DNA from: Candidatus Poribacteria bacterium
Lineage (GTDB): Bacteria > Poribacteria > WGA-4E > WGA-3G
Length of the DNA: 64,000 nucleotides
Direction of reading: 5' to 3'
NCBI GenBank assembly: GCA_963665235.2
Contig: CAXXLX010000001.1
Span: forward strand, 1,664,001 to 1,728,000
Shown piece after piece: positions 53,326 through 64,000 of this stretch (position 1 is the stretch's first letter; every line of letters starts with the position of its first letter). A program made the translations under genes and the position numbers. The notes beneath the pieces were generated by a model that ran no database searches, was not told the DNA's origin, and saw nothing but the letters and a program-made list of their open reading frames with translations.

Positions 53326-54044
53326 CTCACAGGTTTTTTCCCCACATGAATCGCAACGATGCCGAACGTCTTCCGGTAAAACTGTACGTCCGTTAGTCCA
53401 CACTCCGCCATAACGGTTTTCAACGCATCACAGTTCGGGAACTGCATGACAGACCGTGGCAAATACCCATACGCATCGTCGGTGTTGCGGGAGATGAGAT
53501 TCCCGATAAACGGTAAAACCTTAGTAAAGTAGAGGTAGTAGAGGCTACGGAATATCGGATTCACGGGTTGTGTAAACTCTAATATTGCGATTCTCCCGCC
53601 CGGCACAGCGACGCGCGTCATCTCGCGGATGCCTGTTTTGAGGTCGGCGACGTTCCGTATACCGAAACCGACAGAGACAATGTCAAAGGTATTGTCCGAA
53701 AACGGCAGGGTGAGCGTATCCGCTTCAATCGGTATGAAGGCGTGTGCGCGGCGTTGACGTTCTATCTTCTGCTTGCCAACAATTAGCATCTCAAAACAGA
53801 AATCTGAACCGATGACAACCCCTTCTGTCCCGAGCTTGTCCGCGTACGCCAGTGCAAGTTCGCCTGTGCCGGTGCAGACATCCAGCACCCTGCTTGTAGG
53901 CGCGACATCGCTTACCTTTACTGTTTCCCGCCGCCATACCCTGTCAAATCGCAAGCTTAATAGCGAGTTGAGGAAATCGTAATGACGCGCAATGGCTGAA
54001 AATAGGTTTTTTATACGGTGTGCCTGCGTAGATGCCATAAACAT
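53322..54044 (-). CDS. ubiE: UbiE/MenG demethylmenaquinone methyltransferase
   Basis: 'FSAIARHYDFLN', 'LDVCTGTG', 'FGIRNV', 'LEF'. Confidence 0.88.
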   Translation of the reverse strand: MFMASTQAHRIKNLFSAIARHYDFLNSLLSLRFDRVWRRETVKVSDVAPTSRVLDVCTGTGELALAYADKLGTEGVVIGSDFCFEMLIVGKQKIERQRRAHAFIPIEADTLTLPFSDNTFDIVSVGFGIRNVADLKTGIREMTRVAVPGGRIAILEFTQPVNPIFRSLYYLYFTKVLPFIGNLISRNTDDAYGYLPRSVMQFPNCDALKTVMAECGLTDVQFYRKTFGIVAIHVGKKPVS

Positions 54045-54084
54045 ACCGCTCCTAGGGGGTTAAGGTTCAGAGAAACGCGTTCCG

Positions 54085-56487
54085 TTACATGCGTAATTCC
54101 GCACCAAGCTCCTGATTCAATTGATGAACAACCTTGTCATGAAGGTCGTTAACTGCTGTATCTGTCAAGGTCTCGGTTGCGGAATGGTAGGTAATTGTAT
54201 AGGCGAGACTCTTTTTACCTTCCTGTACCTGTGCGCCGGTATATACATCGAACAGTCGGACAGATTTAACCCATTCTCCACCGGTTGCATAGATAATCCC
54301 TATCGGCATGTCTGATAGCAGGTCGGCATCTACGACAATCGCCAGGTCGCGTTGGACACTCGGATAGACAGAAATCGGCTCAAACTGTTTGTCAAACGTA
54401 GTAGTGTTCACTATTGCTTCCATGTCAAGTTCAAAGAGATACGCCTTATACGGCAGCTCGTAATTTTCAAGTACTTTCGGGTGCGCCTCACCGAAGATGC
54501 CGATTTTCTCATCTGCTACTGCTACTTCAGCATTGCGGCCCGGGTGGAAGGTTGGGTCTTTCGTTTTCTTAAGCGTCCACTTAGCAATACCGCAGTTCTC
54601 AAGTATACCCTCCACGATGCCTTTGATGTCAAAGAAATCGGGGTGCCGATAAGGATTGCCGTAGACACCGCCGCCAATCTCCCCGGCGAGGATACCAGCA
54701 ACGCGTCCCGGCTCTTCTCCATTGATGAACACCGCGGACATCTCAAAAAGGGCAATCGTGTCTATCTGATGATTGTGGTTATGTTGTGCGTTTTGAAGTA
54801 GGCTCGGCAGCAAGGTCGTGCGGAGAATTGACATTTCCGGGCTCAACGGATTTTGCAGTTTCTGTGCCTCCCGAAGCGGATTGTTGGCCTCCAACCGAAT
54901 ATTGTCAAACGCTTCAGGGCTGCCAAAAGTGTAGTTCACCGCTTCCATCATACCCGCTCCAAGCAGAAACCGTTTTATCCGTTTATGCACGACTGTTCTC
55001 GGGTTCGGTGTTGGCACAGGAATATCCCCTCTGGGCAGTGTAGTCGGGATGTTATCATAACCGTGGACGCGAGCGATTTCTTCAACCAAATCGATTTCAC
55101 GGGTCACGTCGGAACGGAACGTCGGCACCGTCACCGTGAGGCTCTCTTCTGCTCCTACCTGTTGTGCTGGACTAACCTCAAACCCCAAACGGCTTAAAAT
55201 CTGCGTTATCTCATCTGTTTCAAGCGTAGTGCCCAATACGAAATTGACGCGTTCCGGGCGGAGCTGAATCTGAGCCAGTTCGCGTTGTCCCGGGTAGACA
55301 TCAACCACGCCTTTACAGATAGTGCCGCCTGCCAATTCTACAATCAGTTGGGTTGCACGGTCGAGTGCAGGAATTACCGCCCCCACATCGGCCCCGCGTT
55401 CAAATCTGTAGGAGGCTTCCGTGTTTATACCTAACTTTTTGGCGGTTGCTCGGATGCTTGATGGATTGAAATACGCGCTCTCTAATAGGACATCACACGT
55501 TGTCTCTGTGATTTCGGAATCATATCCCCCCATAACGCCTGCAAGTGCGACCGGTTTTTCGGCATCCGCAATGACGAGCATATCGGGTGTAAGTTCACGT
55601 TCCACTTCATCGAGGGTTGTCAACTGTTCGTCCGCTGCGGCACGGCGTACGACAATACGGTTGTCGGTGAGCAGGTTATAATCAAAGGCGTGTAGCGGTT
55701 GCCCATACTCCATCAAAACAAAGTTGGTCACGTCGACGATGTTGTTAATAACGCCTACACCGACAGCTTCAAGCCGCTGTTTTAACCATTCGGGAGATTG
55801 TCCTACCTTAATGCCCTGAATAACGCGTGCTGCGTAGCGCGGACAGAGGTCAGGTGCGTCAATTGTTACGGAGGTTGCACTGTGGACATCGGTTTTGCCC
55901 TCTTGACAGTTCACCTGTGGTAGGTTTAAGACGTTCCCTGTTTCAGCGCGGATTTCGCGTGCAACACCGATAAGACTCAGACAATCCGGGCGATTCGGTG
56001 TAACCTCTAATTCCATCAGAACATCATCTAATCCTAAAGCCTTAGCAAGCAGTGTGCCCGGGGGGAGGTCGGTGGGTAATTCCATGAGTCCATCAGCATC
56101 AGCAGAGATGCCGAGCTCTTTTTCAGAGCAGAGCATGCCGTGTGATTCTTCGCCTCGCAGTTTGGCACGTTTGATTGTTAGACCGATAGGGAGTGTGGTC
56201 CCGATTGTGGCAACAGGGGCAAGCATCCCTTCTCGGACGTTCGGTGCACCACAGACAATCTGAAGTTCTTCCGCCTCGCCAACATCTACCTGACAGACGA
56301 CAAGTTTGTCTGCATTTGGATGCGGTCGAATAGAGCTAACACTGCCGACAACTACACCTTCTAGTTCGGCTCCGAGTTGTTTGATGGACTCAACTTCAAT
56401 GCCTAGCATCGTTAGTCGGTCGGCGAGTTCGCTTGGGGAAAACGCGAAATCTATGTAGGATTTTAGCCAATTTATGGTTACGTTCAT
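54085..56487 (-). CDS. pheT: Phenylalanine-tRNA ligase beta subunit
   Basis: 'HPNADKL', 'CGAPNV', 'TPNRPDCLS', 'RFERG', FDX-ACB C-terminus. Confidence 0.97.
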   Translation of the reverse strand: MNVTINWLKSYIDFAFSPSELADRLTMLGIEVESIKQLGAELEGVVVGSVSSIRPHPNADKLVVCQVDVGEAEELQIVCGAPNVREGMLAPVATIGTTLPIGLTIKRAKLRGEESHGMLCSEKELGISADADGLMELPTDLPPGTLLAKALGLDDVLMELEVTPNRPDCLSLIGVAREIRAETGNVLNLPQVNCQEGKTDVHSATSVTIDAPDLCPRYAARVIQGIKVGQSPEWLKQRLEAVGVGVINNIVDVTNFVLMEYGQPLHAFDYNLLTDNRIVVRRAAADEQLTTLDEVERELTPDMLVIADAEKPVALAGVMGGYDSEITETTCDVLLESAYFNPSSIRATAKKLGINTEASYRFERGADVGAVIPALDRATQLIVELAGGTICKGVVDVYPGQRELAQIQLRPERVNFVLGTTLETDEITQILSRLGFEVSPAQQVGAEESLTVTVPTFRSDVTREIDLVEEIARVHGYDNIPTTLPRGDIPVPTPNPRTVVHKRIKRFLLGAGMMEAVNYTFGSPEAFDNIRLEANNPLREAQKLQNPLSPEMSILRTTLLPSLLQNAQHNHNHQIDTIALFEMSAVFINGEEPGRVAGILAGEIGGGVYGNPYRHPDFFDIKGIVEGILENCGIAKWTLKKTKDPTFHPGRNAEVAVADEKIGIFGEAHPKVLENYELPYKAYLFELDMEAIVNTTTFDKQFEPISVYPSVQRDLAIVVDADLLSDMPIGIIYATGGEWVKSVRLFDVYTGAQVQEGKKSLAYTITYHSATETLTDTAVNDLHDKVVHQLNQELGAELRM

Positions 56488-56587
56488 AATGTAAATGCCT
56501 TTTTAATGTTTTTCTTGTGTGAGGGCTATTTTCTTGTTGTCTGAATCACGGAAGGCACTCCGCGATTCAGACAGAAAAGAGAGCAGG

Positions 56588-56907
56588 ATTACCGAATTTA
56601 AAAATTAATCTTCATAAAGTTTATGCTACAAAAGACCGCACAAACTAGGAAGTTTATGCTACAAAAGACCGCACAAACTAGGAAGTTTATGCTACAAAAG
56701 ACCGCACAAACTAGGAAGTTTATGCTACAAAAGACCGCACAAACTAGGAAGTTTATGCTACAAAAGACCGCACAAACTAGGAAGTTTATGCTACAAAAGA
56801 CCGCACAAACTAGGAAGTTTATGCTACAAAAGACCGCACAAACTAGGAAGTTTATGCTACAATTATACCGCTTTTTTTCGCATGGACATTTATTATCAAG
56901 CTCACGT
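56588..56907. mobile_element. MITE family B, copy 3 (8 x 33-bp REP units), truncated at a lone IS630-like end
   Basis: TCAAGCTCACGT end at 56907; ATTACCGAATTTAAAAATTAATCTTCA at 56588-56614 resembles the IS630 TIR. Confidence 0.75.
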
Positions 56908-56911
56908 TGAT

Positions 56912-57928
56912 TTAAAACTGTTGTAAAAAGCGGAGGTCGTTTTCGTAGAAGGTGCGGATATCTGGGATACGGAACTGGAGGTTCGCGATACGTTCTACTC
57001 CCATGCCGAAGGCAAATCCGGTGACCGCTTCCGGGTCATAGTTGACAGCTCGGAATACCTCCGGATCGACGGCTCCTGCGCCCAAAATTTCAATCCATCC
57101 GGTGTTTCCGCAGCTACGACACCCTTTTCCCTGACATACGGTGCAGGAAATATCCACCTCCGCGCTCGGCTCGGTAAACGGAAAGAAATGGGGACGGAAC
57201 CGCATTTTTGTGTTTTCACCGAACATCTGCCGCGCGAAGGATACCAAAACCCCCTTCAATTCGCTAAACGTGACATGACTGTCCACGAGCAACCCCTCAA
57301 CCTGATGGAACATTGGAGTGTGTGAGACATCGTAATCCACGCGATACGCTTTTCCGGGGACAATAATACGGACTGGCGGTTTTCTATTTTCCATCACTCG
57401 GATTTGAACAGGAGAGGTATGCGTCCGTAAAAGATGCCCATCCGTTAGATAAAAGGTATCATGCAGGTCGCGAGCGGGATGGTCTTGCGGTGTATTGAGG
57501 GCATCGAAGTTGTAATACTCTGTCTCCACCTCCGGCCCGGTTGCGACTTCAAATCCCATTTGGTGGAATATCGCCTCAATACGGTCTAAGGTTTGCATCA
57601 CGGGGTGTGCTTTTCCGTAAGCCGGTTTTCGTCCTGGGAGGGTGATGTCAATCGCTTCCGCGTCAAGCTGCTGTTCCTGTTGCTGGCGATGCAGTGCTTG
57701 CGTTGTTTCTTCAAACGCCTGCGTTAGCGTTGCGCGTACCTCATTCGCGAATTTTCCAATTACGGGACGCTCCGCTTTGGAAAGCTTCCCCATGCCCTTC
57801 ATGACATCTGTTAACTTTCCCTTACGTCCAAAATACGCGATTCTAAGCGATTCAAGTTCATCCGATGATTTTATCTGTTTGAGAGCTGCAAGGGCTTCGG
57901 TTTGAATCGCTTCTAATTCTGTTTTCAT
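56912..57928 (-). CDS. pheS: Phenylalanine-tRNA ligase alpha subunit
   Basis: 'HPARDLHDTFY', 'RTHTSPVQ', 'FPFTEPS', 'GFAFGMGVER'. Confidence 0.97.
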   Translation of the reverse strand: MKTELEAIQTEALAALKQIKSSDELESLRIAYFGRKGKLTDVMKGMGKLSKAERPVIGKFANEVRATLTQAFEETTQALHRQQQEQQLDAEAIDITLPGRKPAYGKAHPVMQTLDRIEAIFHQMGFEVATGPEVETEYYNFDALNTPQDHPARDLHDTFYLTDGHLLRTHTSPVQIRVMENRKPPVRIIVPGKAYRVDYDVSHTPMFHQVEGLLVDSHVTFSELKGVLVSFARQMFGENTKMRFRPHFFPFTEPSAEVDISCTVCQGKGCRSCGNTGWIEILGAGAVDPEVFRAVNYDPEAVTGFAFGMGVERIANLQFRIPDIRTFYENDLRFLQQF

Positions 57929-57939
57929 GGTTGCCTCTT

Positions 57940-58197
57940 TAAAAGGATAATGCCTGTCCCTTTATCCCATTACCTCAAACACGTCGTTGAGGGTCATCTG
58001 GGGACGAAAGCGACAAGCATCTACTTCCGCGGTACCACCCCGCTTGACAGATGTGTGTCATCTGTCCACTTGATTTTTCTGTTTTCGATGGCTCTGGGAT
58101 GAAATTCGGCAGTTGCTCTCAAAACCGCGTTTGCAGCCGATGGCGCGGTCTCTCTTTTTGAGAGGTCTCAACAGCTTACGTTTGTCCCATCATAGCC
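57940..58197 (-). ncRNA. T-box riboswitch (Phe)
   Basis: Minus strand AGAGA and GGCTG stem I motifs, specifier GAAT-TTC-A, T-box AAGCGGGGTGGTACCGCGG, then TTTCGTCCC. Confidence 0.88.
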
Positions 58198-58234
58198 TGT
58201 TTGTCAATTCATTTATGCGGGTAATTGCGTCTGT

Positions 58235-58582
58235 CTATCCTTTTGCGATTGCGACAAGCTGCGCAAATGCGTCTGCATCATGTACGGCAAGGTCGGCGAG
58301 GACTTTGCGGTCTAGCGCGATGCCGGCTGTTTTAAGTCCGTGCATAAATTGACTATATGTGATTCCGTTCAGTCTTGCGGCGGCGTTAATCCGTGTAATC
58401 CAAAGTTTTCTAAAGTCGCGTTTGCGTGCGCGTCGGTGTGCGTAGGCGTGGTTCCATCCTTTTTCGACCGCTTCCATAGCGGTACGTCTGAGATTATTTC
58501 TGCCACCGCGGTAACCTTTGGAATGTTTCAGTATCCGTTTCCGCCGCTTTCGACGGACACTCCCTGTTTTTACTCGTGCCAT
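58235..58582 (-). CDS. rplT: 50S ribosomal protein L20
   Basis: 'MARVK', '[17 protein letters not shown]', 'DRKVLADLA'. Confidence 0.98.
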   Translation of the reverse strand: MARVKTGSVRRKRRKRILKHSKGYRGGRNNLRRTAMEAVEKGWNHAYAHRRARKRDFRKLWITRINAAARLNGITYSQFMHGLKTAGIALDRKVLADLAVHDADAFAQLVAIAKG

Positions 58583-58591
58583 TCAGAGCTC

Positions 58592-58783
58592 CTAGTGAAT
58601 TAGGCGTTTCAAACGTTTTGCATTACTGGGGTCAACGAGGGTTGGTTGTCTCAAGCGTCTCTTCCGTTTTGAGGATTTTGAGAGAAACAGATGCCCGCCA
58701 TAAGCACGCTTGCGGCGGATTTTCCCTTTCGCTGTAAATTTAAAACGTTTTGCCGCCCCTTTGTGTGTTTTCATTTTCGGCAT
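58592..58783 (-). CDS. rpmI: 50S ribosomal protein L35
   Basis: 'MPKMKTHKGAAKRFK'. Confidence 0.97.
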   Translation of the reverse strand: MPKMKTHKGAAKRFKFTAKGKIRRKRAYGGHLFLSKSSKRKRRLRQPTLVDPSNAKRLKRLIH

Positions 58784-59050
58784 GATAATATCCTTCAACT
58801 TAACGGCTTATCTTTAGCGTTACAATTCTTTGTGAGAACATGAACAAACTGTCGTCGACATTATCGAGCGTAGTGGTGTACAACAAGCAATCCGCTTTCA
58901 AAAAGCCGTCTATTTGAAAGCAAGATTCGGTCTTTCCTACGGGTCGGTCGGACAAAAATTCGTGAAAAGTCCTCTCAGGGCGCAACCCTTCGTAAGTGCT
59001 TGGCGCGTTTACACAAAGCGTCCGGACAAGCACTCATGAGAAACTTCTCG

Positions 59051-59596
59051 TTACGAAGCTTTCGGTGCCAAGATCATCGACATGACGTTTGTTTCCATGC
59101 GAGGTGGGTGTTCTACCTCCCCCAGCTCGGCGACATCCGCTTCTAGCCGGGCGAGCATATTCCTACCCAATTCGGAATGGACCATTTCTCTGCCGCGAAA
59201 TCGCACTGTTGCTTTGACCTTCCAGCCGTTCTTCAAGAAATCTTCAACGTGACGTTTTTTGAACTGATAGTCGTGTTCAGCTGTATCCGGTCGGAACTTA
59301 ATTTCTTTCAGGACAACGCGTGTGCGCTTTTTTCGCGCTTCGCGTGCACGTTTGTTCTTTTCGTACTGATATTTGCCGTAATCCATAATCTTACAGACAG
59401 GCGGGTTTGCATTCGGTGAAACTTCAACCAAATCCAACCCAACGGCTTCAGCGCGTTCCATTCCTTCGCGGGGAGACATGACCCCGACCTGCTTGTTGTC
59501 CTGATCGATTAGTAAAATCTCACGGGCTCGAATCTGATAATTCGAACGACTCTGTCTTTCCTTCGTTTTCTGAGTACGTCTACCTCTGTAGTGTAT
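59051..59596 (-). CDS. infC: Translation initiation factor IF-3 (probable ATA start)
   Basis: 'LDLVEVSPNANPPVCKIMDYGKY', 'KEIKFRP', 'FRGRE'; frame open to ATA at 59596 behind GGGGGTG. Confidence 0.93.
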   Translation of the reverse strand: MHYRGRRTQKTKERQSRSNYQIRAREILLIDQDNKQVGVMSPREGMERAEAVGLDLVEVSPNANPPVCKIMDYGKYQYEKNKRAREARKKRTRVVLKEIKFRPDTAEHDYQFKKRHVEDFLKNGWKVKATVRFRGREMVHSELGRNMLARLEADVAELGEVEHPPRMETNVMSMILAPKAS

Positions 59597-59759
59597 TTTT
59601 CACACCCCCAAGTTGTAGATAGCTACCGGTTCACAATTGTGCGGTGCACAATCGGAAACCGTTCTTTACAAAATTCGGGCACTCATCAAAAATGGTGCCG
59701 GAAATGGTTTGTCTAGACATTAATGAGAAATTATACCACATATTCAACGTAAATGCAAG

Positions 59760-60116
59760 TTAAAAATAACCAATTGTCCACAATGTCCGTAAAATAATGA
59801 TTCCACCCGCTAATCCCCCGAGCGTAAGAATTAGGCAAAGCGCGATTATTAAGGTGAACCGAAAGATGCGGGCGGCTAATTCCGGTTGTGCTTTCACCCA
59901 TGCCCGTGCAAGGTTAAAGGTCAAAACAACGCTAATGAGAGACAGGATAGCTGCGCCTAAAAACGCCACGAGAATCCCCTGAAAATCTACCATCTGCATC
60001 GTTTCTGGCAGTGACCCGTATTGGGAATAACGTTTAATAACGACGATTAGGATGCCTATCAAAATTAGGAGAAATACCAAAAAACCGATTATCGCCTTTT
60101 TAAACTCGGTGCCCAT
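59760..60116 (-). CDS. Small 3-TM membrane protein, unknown function
   Basis: Three hydrophobic segments; GAGG before ATG. Confidence 0.6.
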   Translation of the reverse strand: MGTEFKKAIIGFLVFLLILIGILIVVIKRYSQYGSLPETMQMVDFQGILVAFLGAAILSLISVVLTFNLARAWVKAQPELAARIFRFTLIIALCLILTLGGLAGGIIILRTLWTIGYF

Positions 60117-60383
60117 TTCTAACCTCACAAGTATTAGTCCTATACTATTATAACGTATTTTCGAATTAAATGTTAACGAAATTTTTTGGGGTATGTCCAG
60201 TTTTTGGCAAAGGGATTGTCTGAATGCACGTCGCATTTGGGCGAGTACGCCGCAAATCGCAGATTAGCGCGGATTTATCAGATTGCGCGGATTTTAAGCT
60301 GTGTATCCATCAAGGTTTTGTGATTAAGGGCATAGCGTTTTTTGGTTGGGGTTGATTTGGCTGGGGGTCGGGGTTTAATAGAA

Positions 60384-60414
60384 ATAGGCAGGTAACACTG
60401 CCTGCTACCTGCCT
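60384..60414. terminator. Hairpin, possible terminator
   Basis: TAGGCAGGTA...TACCTGCCTA just downstream of the 60439 stop. Confidence 0.5.
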
Positions 60415-60438
60415 ATAAATAAGGTTGTGTCAAAAGCA

Positions 60439-62426
60439 CTACCAATGCCACTGAAATGTGCCACCACTACAAGTACTATCGCCGCGGGTGCATCCTGTGT
60501 AGGTTGCCCCACAGTTGGTTCGCTTGCAGATTTTCTGTGTTTGGTGCCAACCCACATTGCCACAGGTCCAATAGGCATTACCACAATTGCTGCAAGCTGA
60601 GACATGGTGTTCTGTTCGTGAACTGACCTGTGCCATACAACTTGTCCAATTCCTTCCGCCACACACTATAGGATATGCATGTGTATGCGACTGACACACA
60701 TAGTAATACCATTTCTAATTGAAAATGTCTCTTTCTTGTAGCATAAACTTCCAGTTTGTGTTGTTTTTTGTAGCATAAACTTCCAGTTTGTGCTTTCTTG
60801 TAGCATAAACTTCCAGTTTGTGCTTTCTTGTAGCATAAACTTCCAGTTTGTGCTTTCTTGTAGCATAAACTTCCAGTTTGTGCTTTCTTGTAGCATAAAC
60901 TTTTAGTTTGGGTCTTCCGTTCTCCGTTTGATTTCTAACAACCGGTAATGATAGAATAATTAATAAAAATGGTATAAGAACCAGATGAGCAGTTATCCCC
61001 ATTGCTGTTTGTCGGACATGTTTCTGAACGATGGCTATAAGCCTGAGCAGACGTATACGAATGCCCACAGGCCCCAGAAATCAATGCAGGATACTGATGC
61101 GTATGCGACTGACAGGCATAGAAGCTCGTCACTGTGCAAGTTTGTCCATAACTATCTGTCCCTGAACAACTTGCTTGTAAAGCATGTGAACTTGAATTAC
61201 TATTCAAATCTTTGTGTCCACAAGAATATGTCTGATGTGATTGACACTCATAAAATGAACCGCTATACCCCGATATTGTGCTACTATGATCTGAAGAAGC
61301 TTGGCATAAATACCCAGAATGTGTGCCACACGCGTAAGTGCTATGTTTATGATCATCAGGGGTGCATGGAGAGTAGGTATGTCCGCAACTTCCGACAGAA
61401 GGTTCGTGGCTAGCGATCTGAGTAGTAGGAAATCTGTGTCCACAAGATCCTGCGATATCAGGTGGGTTTGGATCCGGAGAAGGTGGTGAAGGCTCTGAGT
61501 GAGTGTGAGCACACCGATAAACCCCCGTATCTGCACAGTTCACGTTAGAACACGTTTCTTCATAGAGGTGTGTCCACTTTTCCGTTTGCAGACAAAAATA
61601 GTATTGAGTATTGTCTTGCGGATTCGCGCACGCTATTCTGTGTGCATACTTACTCGATACCTTTTCAGAGCAACCAGCACATCTGTGAGTACCAGTCAGT
61701 TTTGGATTTTTAAATATGCGATGCTCAACAACCCATGAACCACTCTGACTATACTCAGTAGGAGCCAGGGAGGTATCCTTAGTCCAACCAAAGTTAGCAC
61801 CAGGTCCACCACCTACAGAACCCCCTAATGCATAGTGAACAGGTATAAGTTTTACCTTACCTGAAGCAGTCCAGTTATACGGAGCAGATGCTGTTCTGAA
61901 TTTTGGACCCTCAAGATGTTGATATACCTCATAATTCTCTACAAGATTGTAATTTGGCACAATTGGGATATAGTATCCCACCTTATCTTGTTTAGTCACT
62001 TCTGCAAACGTTTGTCCATAGACTTTTACCTTGAAATCAGAAAATTCAACATATCCAAAACCCGTTACAAAAGCACGCAACCAAAATTTAATTTTTTTCG
62101 GTGGTTTAGGATCCCAAAAATTGCGCTTAAATCCATTTGTCCATTCGATATCTCGGTACTGATATTTGCCGAGGGGATGCAGGTTGGAGCTAATGAAAAT
62201 CGGTTTATTGACATCCGCCCACCTGTCAAAATCAAGTCCGCTATGTACTGTGAAGAAAGCAAGCGGTGTAAAATAAATCTTGCCTCTTTCAAGCATGTTG
62301 TGTTTTCCTTTATGTGAGGATACGTTCACAATAAAACATAAACTGATAAAAAACGTGCATAAAGATAAAGAACAAAAATGTCTTTTCCAATTTTTAAAGT
62401 TAAACAAAGTTAAACATGGTAAGCAT
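60439..62426 (-). pseudogene. Secreted Cys/His-rich repeat protein, disrupted by MITE A and a 10-bp duplication
   Basis: Repeats 'CGH...H...C...Y.CQSHTH'; removing the MITE restores SGSYYVCQSHTH in frame; AAGTTAAACA duplicated at 62397-62416. Confidence 0.8.
60707..60974. mobile_element. MITE family A, copy 3 (6 REP units)
   Basis: TAA|TACCATTTCT...AAAAATGGTA|TAA inside a CDS. Confidence 0.9.
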
Positions 62427-62474
62427 ATCTAAAATCTCCTTATAGGTGCGCGATACGCGCAGTATATTCTATGG

Positions 62475-63477
62475 TTACTTTTCGGGGTGAGTGGCTCTTT
62501 TTTCGTTGGATACTTCACAAATCAGGGCTCGTGTTTTTTCAAGAAATGGCCTAAAATAACCCTCGAGATCATCACCTTGATAGCTTCCGCCTCCACCGCC
62601 AGTTATATAAATGACTTCATTCCGTGCTTTGTATTCAAGGTAAGCAATTTCGGAGGCAATCTGTTTAGCTGCGATGTCGTTTTGGTCTACGGTCATTTGG
62701 AAGTGTTTGTCCTCCAATAGCTTTAACCGAGGCTGTTCTTCCAGAGAAACTCCTATCTTTATAGATACATTTACAGAGGGTGCTCTAAGTTTTTTTAAAA
62801 CAGGATTGCCTTCGCGATCTAGTCTCAATCCATCGCCTTCTTCGGATGGTTTGGGCCGATACCAATACCCTGGGGGTGGCGGTAACACCTTGTTCTGTTT
62901 GCGTTTATCTGTATCGAATTGAAAATCGTCCCCGCTACAGACCAACAAATGTTCTAAGCCGTGTGCTTTATAGACTTCTCTGAAAGCTTCGCGAAGTGCG
63001 TTACAGGCGTTTTCGGTTTCGGTTGTGTCTTGAAGATAGCCGTAATTGTAGAGAATATGATTAAAGTTAATTGTAGAGAATATGATTAAAGTTAATTGTG
63101 ACACGAGGAATTTCCCGTTGCGCTGTTTCCTTCAATTGGGTAATTTCTTCGGCGATCTGTTGTGCATTTGCAAAATCGCCCTTTTTTTCCAATTGATACT
63201 TGTTCTCCATCAACTGCTTGTAACGTTCATATTCTTCGGGTGTTGGCGCGAAACCGGTTCCCATCCAGACATCAACATAAGGTCTGCCGATTTTTCGGAA
63301 GAGGGGATTGCCATCGTCGTCGCGAATCAATTGACCCTTTTCGTTTTTGACGTATTCATATCCACCAGGGGCGAGACGTATCCCGGAGCGATATGCTTGG
63401 TCGCTTCCGATGTATTCACATCCGTTAATAATAGATATCAGGAGCACAAATGTGAAAATAAATAAGGTGCGCAACAT
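62475..63477 (-). pseudogene. Putative lipoprotein with duplicated domain, frameshifted by a 25-bp tandem duplication
   Basis: Lipobox-like 'IINGC'; TAATTGTAGAGAATATGATTAAAGT x2 at 63043-63092; removing one copy gives 326 codons. Confidence 0.75.
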
Positions 63478-63488
63478 TTTCCCCCCTC

Positions 63489-64000
63489 CTAATCAAGTAG
63501 GTATCCCAAGTTGTAAGCTTCGTAAGCACTTCTACGGACGCTGTCCGCTGCTTGACGCATCTTTTCTTTAGCTTGTTCATCAGAAAGACCTGATGACTTA
63601 AGGAAGACTCTGATAATAGGGATTTTGCCTTCCGCCTCTTTTTCCAATAGCGCAATATCGGTCGCAATCTGTTCGGCTTCTACGATGTTTCCTGCCTGCA
63701 GGTGTTGGCTATATTGCCTCTGTAATGCTTTATAGCGTTGATATTGAGCGGGAGTCGGTGCGAACCCAATGCCGGTCTCTATTTCCACAATAGGTTCTCC
63801 GATGGGGTGTAAAATAGGTTCTCCATTGTCATCTAACATTGGAACATCAGGGGATGCCCATCGGTATTCATAGCCTTCAGGCGGTGGTTCTAGTCCACGT
63901 TCGCGATAAAAAATCTCAACGAGTTGTTTCCGCTCTTCAAGAGAGAGTTCCGACCAAGCGTGGACGTGTGGTTTCTCAGGAGGTACTTCGGCTGGCATTA
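63489..64000 (-). CDS. Hypothetical protein paralogous to the downstream lipoprotein domains (possibly partial)
   Basis: Shared motif 'P.GYEY...G.P....IG.P.V....G.GFAPTP..Y.RYK.L'. Confidence 0.65.
   Translation of the reverse strand, partial: MPAEVPPEKPHVHAWSELSLEERKQLVEIFYRERGLEPPPEGYEYRWASPDVPMLDDNGEPILHPIGEPIVEIETGIGFAPTPAQYQRYKALQRQYSQHLQAGNIVEAEQIATDIALLEKEAEGKIPIIRVFLKSSGLSDEQAKEKMRQAADSVRRSAYEAYNLGYLLD

Noticed and set aside
58800-59033. 77-aa ORF between infC and rpmI
   Set aside because: No recognisable motif or clear RBS; more likely non-coding

Overview
Bacterial chromosomal window, most likely from Candidatus Poribacteria (inferred from the WD40 protein with a C-terminal 'KAAILWGELK' tail, DUF1501, sulfatase and anSME genes, and dense GTAG-REP repeats). 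It holds carbohydrate and sulfate metabolism genes, a MoxR/DUF58 operon and infC-rpmI-rplT-[Phe T-box]-pheS-pheT. A long CRISPR array (about 111 repeats by manual count, type I-B-like, 25051-32581) has no cas genes in the window. The notable signals are: (1) an apparent off-target Cas1-Cas2 integration inside a spacer (an exact 30-bp duplication around a 37-bp insert); (2) three families of small non-autonomous elements with terminal inverted repeats (TIRs) and target-site duplications (TSDs) that carry variable REP-hairpin arrays as cargo and nest inside each other, with an IS630 inserted in a REP loop; (3) a candidate defence module of an Sm/Hfq-like-fold STAND-type ATPase plus a Swt1-like HEPN protein, beside orphan DNA methyltransferases; (4) a decayed Rpn locus that retains two small C-terminal ORFs; (5) several genes broken by short tandem duplications. 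All family calls come from motif recognition by eye; no database searches were run.
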